From Myxococcota bacterium (GTDB taxonomy: Bacteria > Myxococcota_A > UBA796 > GCA-2862545): DNA of 64,000 nt. Every line of letters begins with the position of its first letter. Within the stretch, counting starts at the first letter, position 1. A program made the translations under genes and the position numbers. Of this stretch, positions 37,367 through 46,752 are shown piece after piece. The stretch covers positions 1 to 64,000 of the forward strand of contig JBCCQY010000004.1 of assembly GCA_039208735.1 (NCBI GenBank), given 5' to 3'. The notes below the pieces were generated by a model. It saw only the letters and a program-made list of their open reading frames with translations. It had not been told where the DNA came from and made no database searches.

Positions 37367-38284
37367 CTACGTTGGCACTTCGATGCCGTCATGCTTCAAG
37401 ACCAAGTCAAGCAAGTCCTCCATTTGAAGGCGGGCCCATCCCGTGCCCTCTTCCAGGGTCCGATGCACCGTTTCATCTTCGGGCGACTCGCTAACGCAAC
37501 GTCGACTGTACTCTTCGAATGCCACCAACGACGTCACGAGGCTCGCGATGTGGTTCGGGCATTCGCACTGGAGGCTCGCGGACTGTTCAGCTAGCGCGCG
37601 AAGCTGTTCCAACGAGAATCGGGGCTCGCTCGCGGCCCCGCGACCGAGGGAGCGGGCGCCGCTGTCCGCGAGGAAAAAGTCGGCCAGTACCTGGCGGAAC
37701 TCAGCACTTGGAAGTGGCGTGCGCAGGACCCGTACGCCGGGTAGCTCAAGTTCAGCTCGGCGTGCACTCGGCAGAAAGGCGTAGGTGACGACCACCCGGG
37801 CATCGTTGAGCTTTGATTGCAGGTCGAGCACCGCATCCTTGGGCGTTGGTCCAAGTGCGTCGAGACCGATCACGACCAGGTCGACCTCGTCGTTCGGATG
37901 GGGCAGCTCGCTGCGGTCGGAAATGGTCTGGGTGACCTGGACGCGCACGCCCGATCCCGTCGATCCATCGAGTCGCAGGGGCGTTGACCCAATCCACAGC
38001 ACCCGAATGTCACCATGAACCGGCCTCGGTTGATCCTGGGACAGCTCAAGCCGCTGGCGAAGTTCGGCAAGCTCGAGCTTCGCAAGCGTGCTGATGCGTG
38101 AACCACTCTCGACCAACTGTGCGATTAAACAGAGACGATCTACTTCTTCGTTGGAATACCGCCGTTGCCCACCTGGCGTACGCTCGGGGTTGACCACCCC
38201 GTAGCGACGTTCCCATGTACGAAGAGTTTCGGCGGGGATCCCGGTGAGTTCGGCCACGGCAGCGATGTTGAAGTGCCCACGCAC
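37367..38284 (-). CDS. CarA/CarH/LitR-like MerR family regulator with a C-terminal CECP domain
   Basis: IAAVAELTGIPAETLRTWERRYG...RTPGGQRRY DNA-binding domain; C-terminal CECPNH. Confidence 0.88.
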   Translation of the reverse strand: MRGHFNIAAVAELTGIPAETLRTWERRYGVVNPERTPGGQRRYSNEEVDRLCLIAQLVESGSRISTLAKLELAELRQRLELSQDQPRPVHGDIRVLWIGSTPLRLDGSTGSGVRVQVTQTISDRSELPHPNDEVDLVVIGLDALGPTPKDAVLDLQSKLNDARVVVTYAFLPSARRAELELPGVRVLRTPLPSAEFRQVLADFFLADSGARSLGRGAASEPRFSLEQLRALAEQSASLQCECPNHIASLVTSLVAFEEYSRRCVSESPEDETVHRTLEEGTGWARLQMEDLLDLVLKHDGIEVPT

Positions 38285-38309
38285 GATTGCCCCCAAACCT
38301 GGTCAGTTC

Positions 38310-38337
38310 CGAACATGGGCCTCATAGCCCATGTTCG
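38310..38337. other. Perfect 11-bp inverted repeat (terminator-like hairpin or operator)
   Basis: CGAACATGGGC-N6-GCCCATGTTCG between the sdhB stop and the merR start; no U tract. Confidence 0.55.
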
Positions 38338-38338
38338 C

Positions 38339-39088
38339 TCAAGACGCTTCTGCTGTCATCGCCCGGAGGTACTCGCGGTTGAGCTGGGCGATCATGGATA
38401 GGTCGATACCCTTGGGACAGACCGCTGCACACTCACCATGGTTACTACAAGCGCCAAAACCCTGTTCATCATGCACAGCGATCATGTTCAGGACGCGCTG
38501 TGTACGCTCAGGATGGCCCTGCGGAACTTCTGAGAGGTGCGTGACTTTCGCGGCAGTAAAAAGCATCGCGGAGGCGTTGGGGCAGGCGGCGACACACGCG
38601 CCACAGCCAATACAGGCCGCAGCCGCGAACGCACGATCCGCGAATTGCTTGCCAACCTGGATCGCGTGGGCATCGGGGGCTGCACCGGTTCGCACGCTGA
38701 TGTAGCCGCCAGCCTGGATGATCTTGTCGAGCGAGCTGCGGTCGACGATGAGGTCCCGAACGATGGGGAAGGCGTCGGCGCGGAACGGCTCGAGCGTGAT
38801 GGTGTCGCCATCGCGGTACGTCCGCATGTGCAGCTGGCACAGCGTGGCGCGCGTGGTGGGACCATGAGCCACCCCGTCGACCATGCACCCACAGGACCCG
38901 CAGATGCCTTCACGACAATCGTGCTCGTAGGCCACGGGGCGTTCGCCTTTAGACAACAGCTCTTCGTTCAAGACGTCGAGCACGTCCAGCATGGACAGTT
39001 CTTCGGTGACGCCTTGCACCGTATAGGTCTTGAACGCGCCCGCTTTATCGGGCGCTTCCTGGCGCCAGACCTTGAGCGTGAGATTCAC
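38339..39088 (-). CDS. sdhB: Succinate dehydrogenase/fumarate reductase Fe-S subunit
   Basis: [32 protein letters not shown]. Confidence 0.95.
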   Translation of the reverse strand: MNLTLKVWRQEAPDKAGAFKTYTVQGVTEELSMLDVLDVLNEELLSKGERPVAYEHDCREGICGSCGCMVDGVAHGPTTRATLCQLHMRTYRDGDTITLEPFRADAFPIVRDLIVDRSSLDKIIQAGGYISVRTGAAPDAHAIQVGKQFADRAFAAAACIGCGACVAACPNASAMLFTAAKVTHLSEVPQGHPERTQRVLNMIAVHDEQGFGACSNHGECAAVCPKGIDLSMIAQLNREYLRAMTAEAS

Positions 39089-41001
39089 TGGTAGCTCCTC
39101 GTGGAGGGAGTGACAGCCTTGAAAACCAGCTCCTCGGTGTGGCGCACCGGTTCCTGGCCCTCGCCGCGGTACTCGAAGACGGCCGAGTGTGAGAAGTTCT
39201 CATCGTCACGCAGCGCTTCGCCTTCGGGGGTCTGGTGCTCCTCGCGGAAGTGAGCCCCACAGGATTCTTCGCGCGTGAGTGCATCGCGAACCATGATCTC
39301 GGCGAATTCGAGGAAGTCGGCAACGCGGCCGGCTTCTTCGAGTGCGAGGTTCAGGTCGCTGCCCGAGCCGGGCACCGACACGTCGGACCAAAATGCCTTT
39401 TTGATGTCGGGAATACGGGAAAGTGCATCTTCAAGCCCTTCCTTGGTCCGCGACATGCCGCACGCGTTCCAGACGAGCGACCCGAGTTCCCGGTGGAAAC
39501 TTGCCGCAGGGCGGCTCCCCCCGACATCGAGCAGCTTCTGGGTATGGGCGTTGACCTCGTCGACAGCGGCCTGGAACTCACCCTGGCGCTCGTCGACCTG
39601 TCCGGGCTTCTCGCCCGCTAGGTAGTCCCCGATGGTGTAAGGCAGCACGAAGTAGCCGTCGGCCAGACCCTGCATGAGCGCCGAGGCGCCCAAGCGGTTC
39701 GCGCCATGGTCCGAGAAGTTGGCCTCACCGCAAACGAACAGCCCTGGGATGCTGCTCATCAGATGATAGTCGACCCAGAGCCCGCCCATCGTGTAGTGGG
39801 GAGCTGGGAAGATGCGCATGGGAGTCTTGAGGGGGCTGTCGCCCGTGATGCGCTCATACATTTCGAACAGGTTTCCGTACCGTTCGAGAATGCGCTCTTC
39901 GCCAACGCGTGAAATCGCACTTGCGAAATCGAGGAAGACGCTTTCTTTTCGCGCGCCTACGCCAAAACCAGAGTCGCACATGCGCTTGGCGGCACGGCTG
40001 GCAACATCGCGAGGCACGAGGTTGCCAAACGCCGGGTACATGCGCTCGAGGAAGTAGTCGCGTTCGGTCTCTTCATCGATGTCGGCGGGGTCGCGGCCGT
40101 CTTCCTTCTTCTTGGGGACCCACACCCGACCGTCGTTGCGCAGCGACTCGCTCATCAAGGTGAGCTTCGACTGAAATTCGCCCGAACGCGGAATGCAGGT
40201 CGGGTGGATCTGGGTGAAGCTCGGGTTCGCAAAGCCTGCCCCACGCTTGTAGGCGCGGTAGGTCGCGGTGACGTTGCACTTCTTGGCGTTGGTCGAAAGG
40301 TAGTAGACGTTGCTGTAGCCGCCCGTGCACAGCACAACTGCGTCGGCCTTCCAAGTGTCGATGCGCCCCGTCGACAGGTCTCGGGTCACGATGCCCTTGG
40401 CATGGCCATCGACCACGACGATGTCGAGCAGTTCGGTGCGGTTGTGCATCTCGACATTGCCCTCGGCAATCTGTCGGGACAAGGCACTGTACGCACCAAG
40501 GAGGAGCTGCTGGCCGGTCTGGCCTTGGGCGTAGAAGGTCCGCGAGACGAGTGCGCCGCCAAACGAGCGGTTGGCGAGGAAACCACCGTATTCCCTGGCG
40601 AAGGGAACGCCCTGGGCCACCGCCTGGTCGATGATGCCCATGGACGATTCAGCGAGACGGTGGACGTTGGCCTCGCGGGCACGGAAGTCACCGCCCTTGA
40701 CGGTATCGTAGAACAGGCGCCAGACGCTGTCGTCGTCGTTCTGGTAGTTCTTCGCCGCGTTGATGCCGCCCTGGGCCGCAATGGAGTGCGCCCGGCGGGG
40801 GGAGTCGTGGTAGGTGAACGCCGTCACGTGGTAGCCGAGTTCGGCAAGGGACGCGGCGGCGGATGCTCCGGCGAGCCCCGTTCCGACGATGATGACGCTG
40901 TAGCGCCGCTTGTTGGCAGGGCTCACGACCCGAAGGTTGCGCTTGGTGTCGGACCAAGCGGTCTCGACCGAGCCGGAAGGAATGCGAGAATCGAGATTCA
41001 T
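39085..41001 (-). CDS. sdhA: Succinate dehydrogenase/fumarate reductase flavoprotein subunit
   Basis: [43 protein letters not shown]. Confidence 0.96.
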   Translation of the reverse strand: MNLDSRIPSGSVETAWSDTKRNLRVVSPANKRRYSVIIVGTGLAGASAAASLAELGYHVTAFTYHDSPRRAHSIAAQGGINAAKNYQNDDDSVWRLFYDTVKGGDFRAREANVHRLAESSMGIIDQAVAQGVPFAREYGGFLANRSFGGALVSRTFYAQGQTGQQLLLGAYSALSRQIAEGNVEMHNRTELLDIVVVDGHAKGIVTRDLSTGRIDTWKADAVVLCTGGYSNVYYLSTNAKKCNVTATYRAYKRGAGFANPSFTQIHPTCIPRSGEFQSKLTLMSESLRNDGRVWVPKKKEDGRDPADIDEETERDYFLERMYPAFGNLVPRDVASRAAKRMCDSGFGVGARKESVFLDFASAISRVGEERILERYGNLFEMYERITGDSPLKTPMRIFPAPHYTMGGLWVDYHLMSSIPGLFVCGEANFSDHGANRLGASALMQGLADGYFVLPYTIGDYLAGEKPGQVDERQGEFQAAVDEVNAHTQKLLDVGGSRPAASFHRELGSLVWNACGMSRTKEGLEDALSRIPDIKKAFWSDVSVPGSGSDLNLALEEAGRVADFLEFAEIMVRDALTREESCGAHFREEHQTPEGEALRDDENFSHSAVFEYRGEGQEPVRHTEELVFKAVTPSTRSYQ

Positions 41002-41012
41002 CAGTGTTCCTT

Positions 41013-41675
41013 TCAGTTCACGAATCCGAAGAAGATGGCCGAGACGATGGCGGTGTTCCCGGCGAAGACGATGACAGCGATGGTGAGGGCCAAGCCCTTG
41101 CTCCACGACTCGTAGCGAACCGGCAAACCAAGGGTCTGCAGGGCCGACGAAATGCCATGGAAGAGGTGCAGACCCAAGGCGACTTGCGCCACCTCGTAGA
41201 TCCCGGCGTTCACCGGGTTCTGCAGTCCAACGACGAGGTTGTGGTAGACGTCGCCGCGAATGAAGTTCTCATGCACGTGCCCGGTCGTGAAGTGCAGCAA
41301 GTGGTAGACGACGTAGAGGAGCAGGACCGGCCCGCCATAGCGCATGGTTATCGCGGCGTAGTTGGTCCGCTGGTTCTTCCGACCCCCTTGGTACCGGGTC
41401 GCGCGGGCGGAAATGTGAGAGCGCGTGACGCCGACCATGGCCCACACGTGGGCGACCAGTGCGCCCAGCATCACCGCCCGAACCGCCCAAACGGCACCGT
41501 GCGTGCCTTCTTGGATCAACCAACCGTAGTCGTTGATGGCTTTCGACCCCTGAAACACCAGGAGGTTGCCAATCATGTGGAAGAAGACGAAGCCGACCAT
41601 CATGGCGCCCGTGACGGCCATCACGATCTTCTTGCCAACCGAGTTTTGGATCAAGACCTGCCGAGTTTGAACCAC
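41013..41675 (-). CDS. sdhC: Succinate dehydrogenase cytochrome b subunit
   Basis: [16 protein letters not shown], heme His in TM helices, HLFHG. Confidence 0.93.
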   Translation of the reverse strand: MVQTRQVLIQNSVGKKIVMAVTGAMMVGFVFFHMIGNLLVFQGSKAINDYGWLIQEGTHGAVWAVRAVMLGALVAHVWAMVGVTRSHISARATRYQGGRKNQRTNYAAITMRYGGPVLLLYVVYHLLHFTTGHVHENFIRGDVYHNLVVGLQNPVNAGIYEVAQVALGLHLFHGISSALQTLGLPVRYESWSKGLALTIAVIVFAGNTAIVSAIFFGFVN

Positions 41676-41896
41676 CGATGACTCCTCGAACTCGTCGCCC
41701 CTATGGGCGTTCGGTGTAGCGGCTGCCTAACCCGACCCATTCGCGGCTAGACCCCGGTTTGCTCCGCCAGCCCCGCGAAGGGCCGTCAAGCAAGAACCGG
41801 GATTTTTCCCTGATACTTCACCCGTATTGAGTGAACGGCTTTTCGACCAGGTTTTGGGTTATCTGAGGGGCTAGGTTCGGCGAATCTCTCGCTCGT

Positions 41897-42730
41897 TTAG
41901 GCAGATTCGGAAACCTGTTCAGTCGCCCACGTCTTCGCGAGCGCGGGCAGGGCGACGCCGAGTGGGGCTTCGACCTTCACACGGGCCAGGCGGTCGGCAC
42001 GTGTCTGGCCGAGATTGATGATTCCAACAGGCTTGTCTTGAGAGAGTGCCCGCTTGACGAATCGATACCCAGAGAACACGGTTAGCGACGAGCCCACAAC
42101 CAACAGTCCATCTGCTTCGTCGACCCATTGGTACGCTTCATCGACCCGCTCCCGGGGGACTGTCCCGCCGAAGAAGACCATGTCGGGCATGAGAGTGCCG
42201 CCGCAATGCGCGCAATCGACAACCTGGAAATCGTCGACTGAGGTGACGTCCGCATCCCCATCCGCCAACAGGATGGGCGCGGGGTTGGCGGTGGGATTTG
42301 CTTTGGCAAACCTTGCTTGTAGTGAGGAGCGTGACGTCACACTCCCGCAGTCCAGGCACCGCACTCGTCGGAGGGCGCCGTGCAACTCTATGATGCGCTG
42401 GGATTCAGCGGCATGGTGCAGCCCGTCTACGTTTTGAGTGATGATCCCGGAGAGCTTTCCCCGGGCCTCGAGTTCAGCGAGGGTGTGGTGCGCCACGTTG
42501 GGGGTGGTGGCGGCCATCAACGGCCAGCCTCGGAACGACCGGGCCCAGTAGCGGCGGCGGGTGAGTGGGTCTTGAACGAAGGCGAGATGCTGAGCCGGAT
42601 TGCGGGCGCGTCGCGCCGTCCCTTCGCCTCGATAGTCGGGAATTCCAGAGTCGGTGCTACAACCGGCCCCCACCAGGGCCACGACCCGGCCCGGAAGGCT
42701 CCGGGCGAGTTCGATGATCGCTTGTTCCAT
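41897..42730 (-). CDS. NAD-dependent deacylase, sirtuin (class II/SIRT4-like)
   Basis: GAGCSTDSGIPDYRG, RYWARS, TQNVDG, ELHG, two CxxC, GSSL. Confidence 0.93.
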   Translation of the reverse strand: MEQAIIELARSLPGRVVALVGAGCSTDSGIPDYRGEGTARRARNPAQHLAFVQDPLTRRRYWARSFRGWPLMAATTPNVAHHTLAELEARGKLSGIITQNVDGLHHAAESQRIIELHGALRRVRCLDCGSVTSRSSLQARFAKANPTANPAPILLADGDADVTSVDDFQVVDCAHCGGTLMPDMVFFGGTVPRERVDEAYQWVDEADGLLVVGSSLTVFSGYRFVKRALSQDKPVGIINLGQTRADRLARVKVEAPLGVALPALAKTWATEQVSESA

Positions 42731-42746
42731 GGGTGGCGTTGTAGCC

Positions 42747-43235
42747 TCAGAGGCCCGGCATGGTGACGGGGCTGGTGTGCGGTCCGGGGTCGGGGGGAAC
42801 CACGATGAGCGCGACCACAGAAAGGATCAGGACAACCGCCCAAATCAGGGCCAGCGGGTTCATCGTGATGAGCCCCGGGAGTCCGAACACGAGCGCCATC
42901 CCAATTTGGATCATGGCCGCCGTCCGAAGCCCCCATACGCGCCCTGCAAGGCCCCGGAGGGCAGCGAACAAGCCGAAGCCCCCGCCGACCAGGTTTACCG
43001 ACGCGACGACGCTCATCGCGGCCAGTGCGAGCACGTAGAGCCCTCCGCCGCTCATGAGCACCTCACGGGGGATTTCGACCTCCATCACGGTCGTCGCGAG
43101 CGCGGCGCCTCCAAGCCCGGCCACGCCGAGCACGACACCAAAGAGCAGGATGACAAACCATAGCAGGCCCATGCCCCCAACGAGTACGCTTCCGCACAAC
43201 AGACACAGGCTGGCCACGGACATCCGACGCTGCAT
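42747..43235 (-). CDS. Hypothetical multi-pass membrane protein
   Basis: About 4 hydrophobic segments; fills the gap in a minus-strand gene run. Confidence 0.6.
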   Translation of the reverse strand: MQRRMSVASLCLLCGSVLVGGMGLLWFVILLFGVVLGVAGLGGAALATTVMEVEIPREVLMSGGGLYVLALAAMSVVASVNLVGGGFGLFAALRGLAGRVWGLRTAAMIQIGMALVFGLPGLITMNPLALIWAVVLILSVVALIVVPPDPGPHTSPVTMPGL

Positions 43236-43290
43236 GGGACCTCTCAACCTTGATTTGCCGTGCAGCTACGCGGTTGTCCAGCAGTCTTGA

Positions 43291-43986
43291 TCACCAAAGT
43301 CCCCGCCCTTCGAGCCAGCGAACCTCATCGTCCATGGGCTCTCGCCAGGCTCCACTTGGCAATTCGCCCAGTGTGAACGGCCCAAAGGCGAGCCGGGCCA
43401 AGTCGATGACCGGATGGCCGGCATTGGCGAGCATTCGCCGGACCATCCGATGCTTTCCTTCGCGGACGGTCAGGGTGACGACATCGCCGTCCAAGGACAC
43501 CCCTTCGGCGGTGAAGACGCCAGCGGCGGTCGCGACGCCTCCGGCTAGGATCGAAGGGAGGTCCGGGGTGGGAGCTGGGTCGACGCGGGCCCGATACGTT
43601 CGCGGAACCTCTCGTTTGGGGTGTAAGAGGTGCTGGGTGACGGCCCCGTCCCTGGCGAAGAGGAGCAGGCCCGAAGTGGGAGCGTCCAGTCGTCCGACGG
43701 GATGAAGCTGCCATGTGAGCAGCTCGGCGACCTCGGATTCAAGGTTGCGGCGGCCCAGGCCGTCACCGACGGTGCAATGCACCCCAGGGGGCTTGTGCCA
43801 CACCAACAGTCGCGGTGGAGGGACCAGCGGTTCACCGTCCAAGGCCACCGCAGCCGATTCGTTGACCCGCTCCCGAGGTTGTCGAACCGGATGCCCATCG
43901 ACGGTGACCCGACCTCGGCGAATCGCACGGCCCGCGTCGCGCCTCGACCATCCGGTTCGCTGGGCCACGAGCTTGTCCAGCATCAT
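43291..43986 (-). CDS. RsuA/RluB family pseudouridine synthase
   Basis: S4 domain, HKPPG, VGRLD, EGKHRMVRRM. Confidence 0.93.
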   Translation of the reverse strand: MMLDKLVAQRTGWSRRDAGRAIRRGRVTVDGHPVRQPRERVNESAAVALDGEPLVPPPRLLVWHKPPGVHCTVGDGLGRRNLESEVAELLTWQLHPVGRLDAPTSGLLLFARDGAVTQHLLHPKREVPRTYRARVDPAPTPDLPSILAGGVATAAGVFTAEGVSLDGDVVTLTVREGKHRMVRRMLANAGHPVIDLARLAFGPFTLGELPSGAWREPMDDEVRWLEGRGLW

Positions 43987-44729
43987 CGTCGGGCCTGGTG
44001 CACGTGGTCACGGCAGCGCGCGAGCCATGCGCCGATGTGGGCTCGCTCGAACGCCTGAGCCCGGTCGTGGTCGGGATGGCCATGTTCCGCGATGCGGAAC
44101 TCCCGGTTGTGGATCTGCCGACGGCCCGTCCTTCCGGTTTGAGGCGGGTACTGCAGGTGAAGGACTTCGTGAAACACGATAAAGCCAATGAACCAGCCCG
44201 GGACGCTCGCATCGTCGAGCACCGGGTGAATCCGGATGCGAGGGGGAAGGCAACTTCCAAGCTTCAGGCTTCGCGTGGGAGCGACGCGCGGCCAATCGCC
44301 CCATTCGACGAACACTTCGGGAGGGCACGCGGGCCACCGTTCGCGCTCCCGGGCGAGCCACGGCTCAAGATCGTGGACGTGGCCCTGGGCTCCACGTTTG
44401 CGAGCGAGAGGGGCGTTGGGCGGGCCCGAGGAGGCTCCGGGCAGGAGGCTGCGGAGCCGTTCGATGGCTCCTGGCTCCTGGTCCAGCCAGGCGATGACGT
44501 CGTCGGGATGGGGCAACAGGGCCCAGTGCACCGACATCTCGACCACGCCGTTTCGCTTGCGCCACCACAACACCCGCTGCCGATTGGCGTTCACGATGAT
44601 TTGGCAGGGGGCATCGAGGCGTGCTCCGACGGTGTGGCCAAGCGCCGCGGCGGCATCATAGGCCGCGGTCGCTCCCACCTCGGCCGGCAGCGAGCCTCGA
44701 AAGCGGACCTCGACGGTCGGTCGGCTCAA
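43983..44729 (-). CDS. HExxH metallopeptidase-like protein (YgjP/SprT-like)
   Basis: IRIHPVLD...FHEVLH...HNREF; TTG start overlaps the tkt stop. Confidence 0.7.
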   Translation of the reverse strand: MSRPTVEVRFRGSLPAEVGATAAYDAAAALGHTVGARLDAPCQIIVNANRQRVLWWRKRNGVVEMSVHWALLPHPDDVIAWLDQEPGAIERLRSLLPGASSGPPNAPLARKRGAQGHVHDLEPWLARERERWPACPPEVFVEWGDWPRVAPTRSLKLGSCLPPRIRIHPVLDDASVPGWFIGFIVFHEVLHLQYPPQTGRTGRRQIHNREFRIAEHGHPDHDRAQAFERAHIGAWLARCRDHVHQARR

Positions 44730-46693
44730 CGGCCCTCGACAAGCGCTGCTGCGTCGGATGCCACCCGTTCGGCGGTGAAGCCAAACTTCTCGGCGAGCAC
44801 GTGGATGGGGGCCGATGCACCGTAGTGATCGATTCCAATCGCCAATCCATCGCTGCCGACGACCCGGTGCCATCCGAAGGTCGCCGCCGCTTCGACGCTG
44901 ACGCGAGGAACGCCGGCGGGGAACACCGAGGTCTGGTAGGCCTCATCTTGGTCGAAGAAGCGTTCGACGCACGGCATGCTGACCACGCGAGCGCGAATGC
45001 CGCGGGCGGTGAGAAGTTCCCGAGCGTCGCAGCACAGCGCGACTTCAGAGCCCGTGCCCACGAGCACCACCTGGGGGTCATCGGCGTCGACGAGGACGTA
45101 TCCACCTTTGGCCGCGGCCTCGGCCGGGGCGTGGGTCGTGCGGTCGATGATGGGCAACCCCTGACGAGTGAAGATCAAGGCAGTGGGCTTGTCCGTGTTG
45201 CGTAGGGCTTCGCGCCACGCAATGCACGTCTCGGTCGCTTCGGCCGGCCGCCAGGTCTCGATCCCCGGCAGCGCACGGAGGGCGGCAATGGTGGAGATGG
45301 GCTGGTGGGTTGGGCCGTCTTCGCCGAGGAAGATCGAATCGTGCGTATAGACGTGGATCACGGGCTGCTTCATGAGCGCCGAAAGCCGCACCGCCGGACG
45401 CTGGTAGTCGTGGAACACGAGGAAGGTGGCCCCGTAAACGCGCACGCCCCCGTGCAGCGTCATGCCGTTGAGGACCGCCCCCATTGCATGTTCGCGAACC
45501 CCAAAGTGGATGGAGCGCCCGCCGGCGAACTCCTGGGCCGAAAGCCACTTGGCACCGATGTTGGTGCCGTTGCTGCCCGCGAGGTCGGCCGAGCCCCCCA
45601 AGAAGAACGGAAGCCCTGCCGTGAGGGCCTTGAGGCACGCGGCGGAGGCTTTTCGGGTCGCGAGCTTGGTGCCCGCTTCGAAGGTGGGCCATTCCACGTT
45701 CGCGAGTGCCTTGTCGATGTCGGGTGATAGCCAGCTCTGGTACTCCGCGGCCCGCGCATGGTCGGAAAACCGTGCGTTCCAGGCCTCTCGAAGTTCGCGC
45801 GACGCGGCATCGCGGAAGGCCGCGGCGACGTCTTCGGGCACCACGAAGGTCGCGTCGGGGTCCATGCCCAGGCGTTCCTTGGTCTTGCGAACCTCGTCGG
45901 GACCAAGCGGCGAACCGTGGGTCTTCTCGGTGCCTTCGTAGGTCGGCGAGCCCTGACCAATCACGGTCCGGCAGGCGATGATCGAAGGGCGATCGGTTTC
46001 CGCGATCGCGGCTTCGATGGCGCTTGCGACAGCTTCAGGGTCGTGACCATCTACCCGCTGCGCGTGCCAACCCATGGCGGCGAGGCGTTGCGTGGCATCT
46101 TCCGTAAACGCGACTTCGGTAGAACCGTCAATGCTGATGCCGTTGTCGTCGTAGAGGAGCACCAAGCGTCCCAACCGCAGGTGGCCGGCCATGGAGCCTG
46201 CTTCCGACGAAATCCCCTCCATCAGGTCACCGTCGCTCACGATGCCGAACACGCGGTGGTCGCACAGTTCGGTCCCGAAGGTCTCGCGGAGCAGTCGTTC
46301 CGCCATCGCCATGCCTACCGCGTTGGCGAAGCCCTGGCCGAGCGGTCCGGTGGTGGTCTCAATCCCTGGCGTTTCGCCATACTCGGGGTGGCCCGGGGTC
46401 TTGCTGTGGAACTGGCGAAACTGCTTGAGATCTTCGAGCGAAAGGTCGTAGCCCGACAGATGTAGCAGTGCGTACTGCAGCATCGATCCATGACCGGCCG
46501 ACAGCACGAAGCGGTCGCGGTCTGGCCAATCGGGGGCGGCCGGGTCGAAGCGCAGGAACCGCGTCCATAAGACGATTGCAGCATCGGCCATGCCCATGGG
46601 CATGCCGGGGTGTCCCGACTTCGCGGCCTCGACCGCATCCATCGCGAGGCCTTTGATGGTGTTGGCACAGCGACGGTGCAACTCGGCGTCCAA
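44726..46693 (-). CDS. tkt: Transketolase
   Basis: [46 protein letters not shown]. Confidence 0.97.
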   Translation of the reverse strand: MDAELHRRCANTIKGLAMDAVEAAKSGHPGMPMGMADAAIVLWTRFLRFDPAAPDWPDRDRFVLSAGHGSMLQYALLHLSGYDLSLEDLKQFRQFHSKTPGHPEYGETPGIETTTGPLGQGFANAVGMAMAERLLRETFGTELCDHRVFGIVSDGDLMEGISSEAGSMAGHLRLGRLVLLYDDNGISIDGSTEVAFTEDATQRLAAMGWHAQRVDGHDPEAVASAIEAAIAETDRPSIIACRTVIGQGSPTYEGTEKTHGSPLGPDEVRKTKERLGMDPDATFVVPEDVAAAFRDAASRELREAWNARFSDHARAAEYQSWLSPDIDKALANVEWPTFEAGTKLATRKASAACLKALTAGLPFFLGGSADLAGSNGTNIGAKWLSAQEFAGGRSIHFGVREHAMGAVLNGMTLHGGVRVYGATFLVFHDYQRPAVRLSALMKQPVIHVYTHDSIFLGEDGPTHQPISTIAALRALPGIETWRPAEATETCIAWREALRNTDKPTALIFTRQGLPIIDRTTHAPAEAAAKGGYVLVDADDPQVVLVGTGSEVALCCDARELLTARGIRARVVSMPCVERFFDQDEAYQTSVFPAGVPRVSVEAAATFGWHRVVGSDGLAIGIDHYGASAPIHVLAEKFGFTAERVASDAAALVEGR

Positions 46694-46752
46694 GCTTCCT
46701 CCAGGGCTACGTGACTACCCTACCTTGCCCACGCGACCCTGCCGGTCGGTGG

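Noticed and set aside
41897..42730. Sirtuin as a SIR2 anti-phage effector
   Set aside because: Stand-alone canonical Zn-binding deacylase in a housekeeping gene run.
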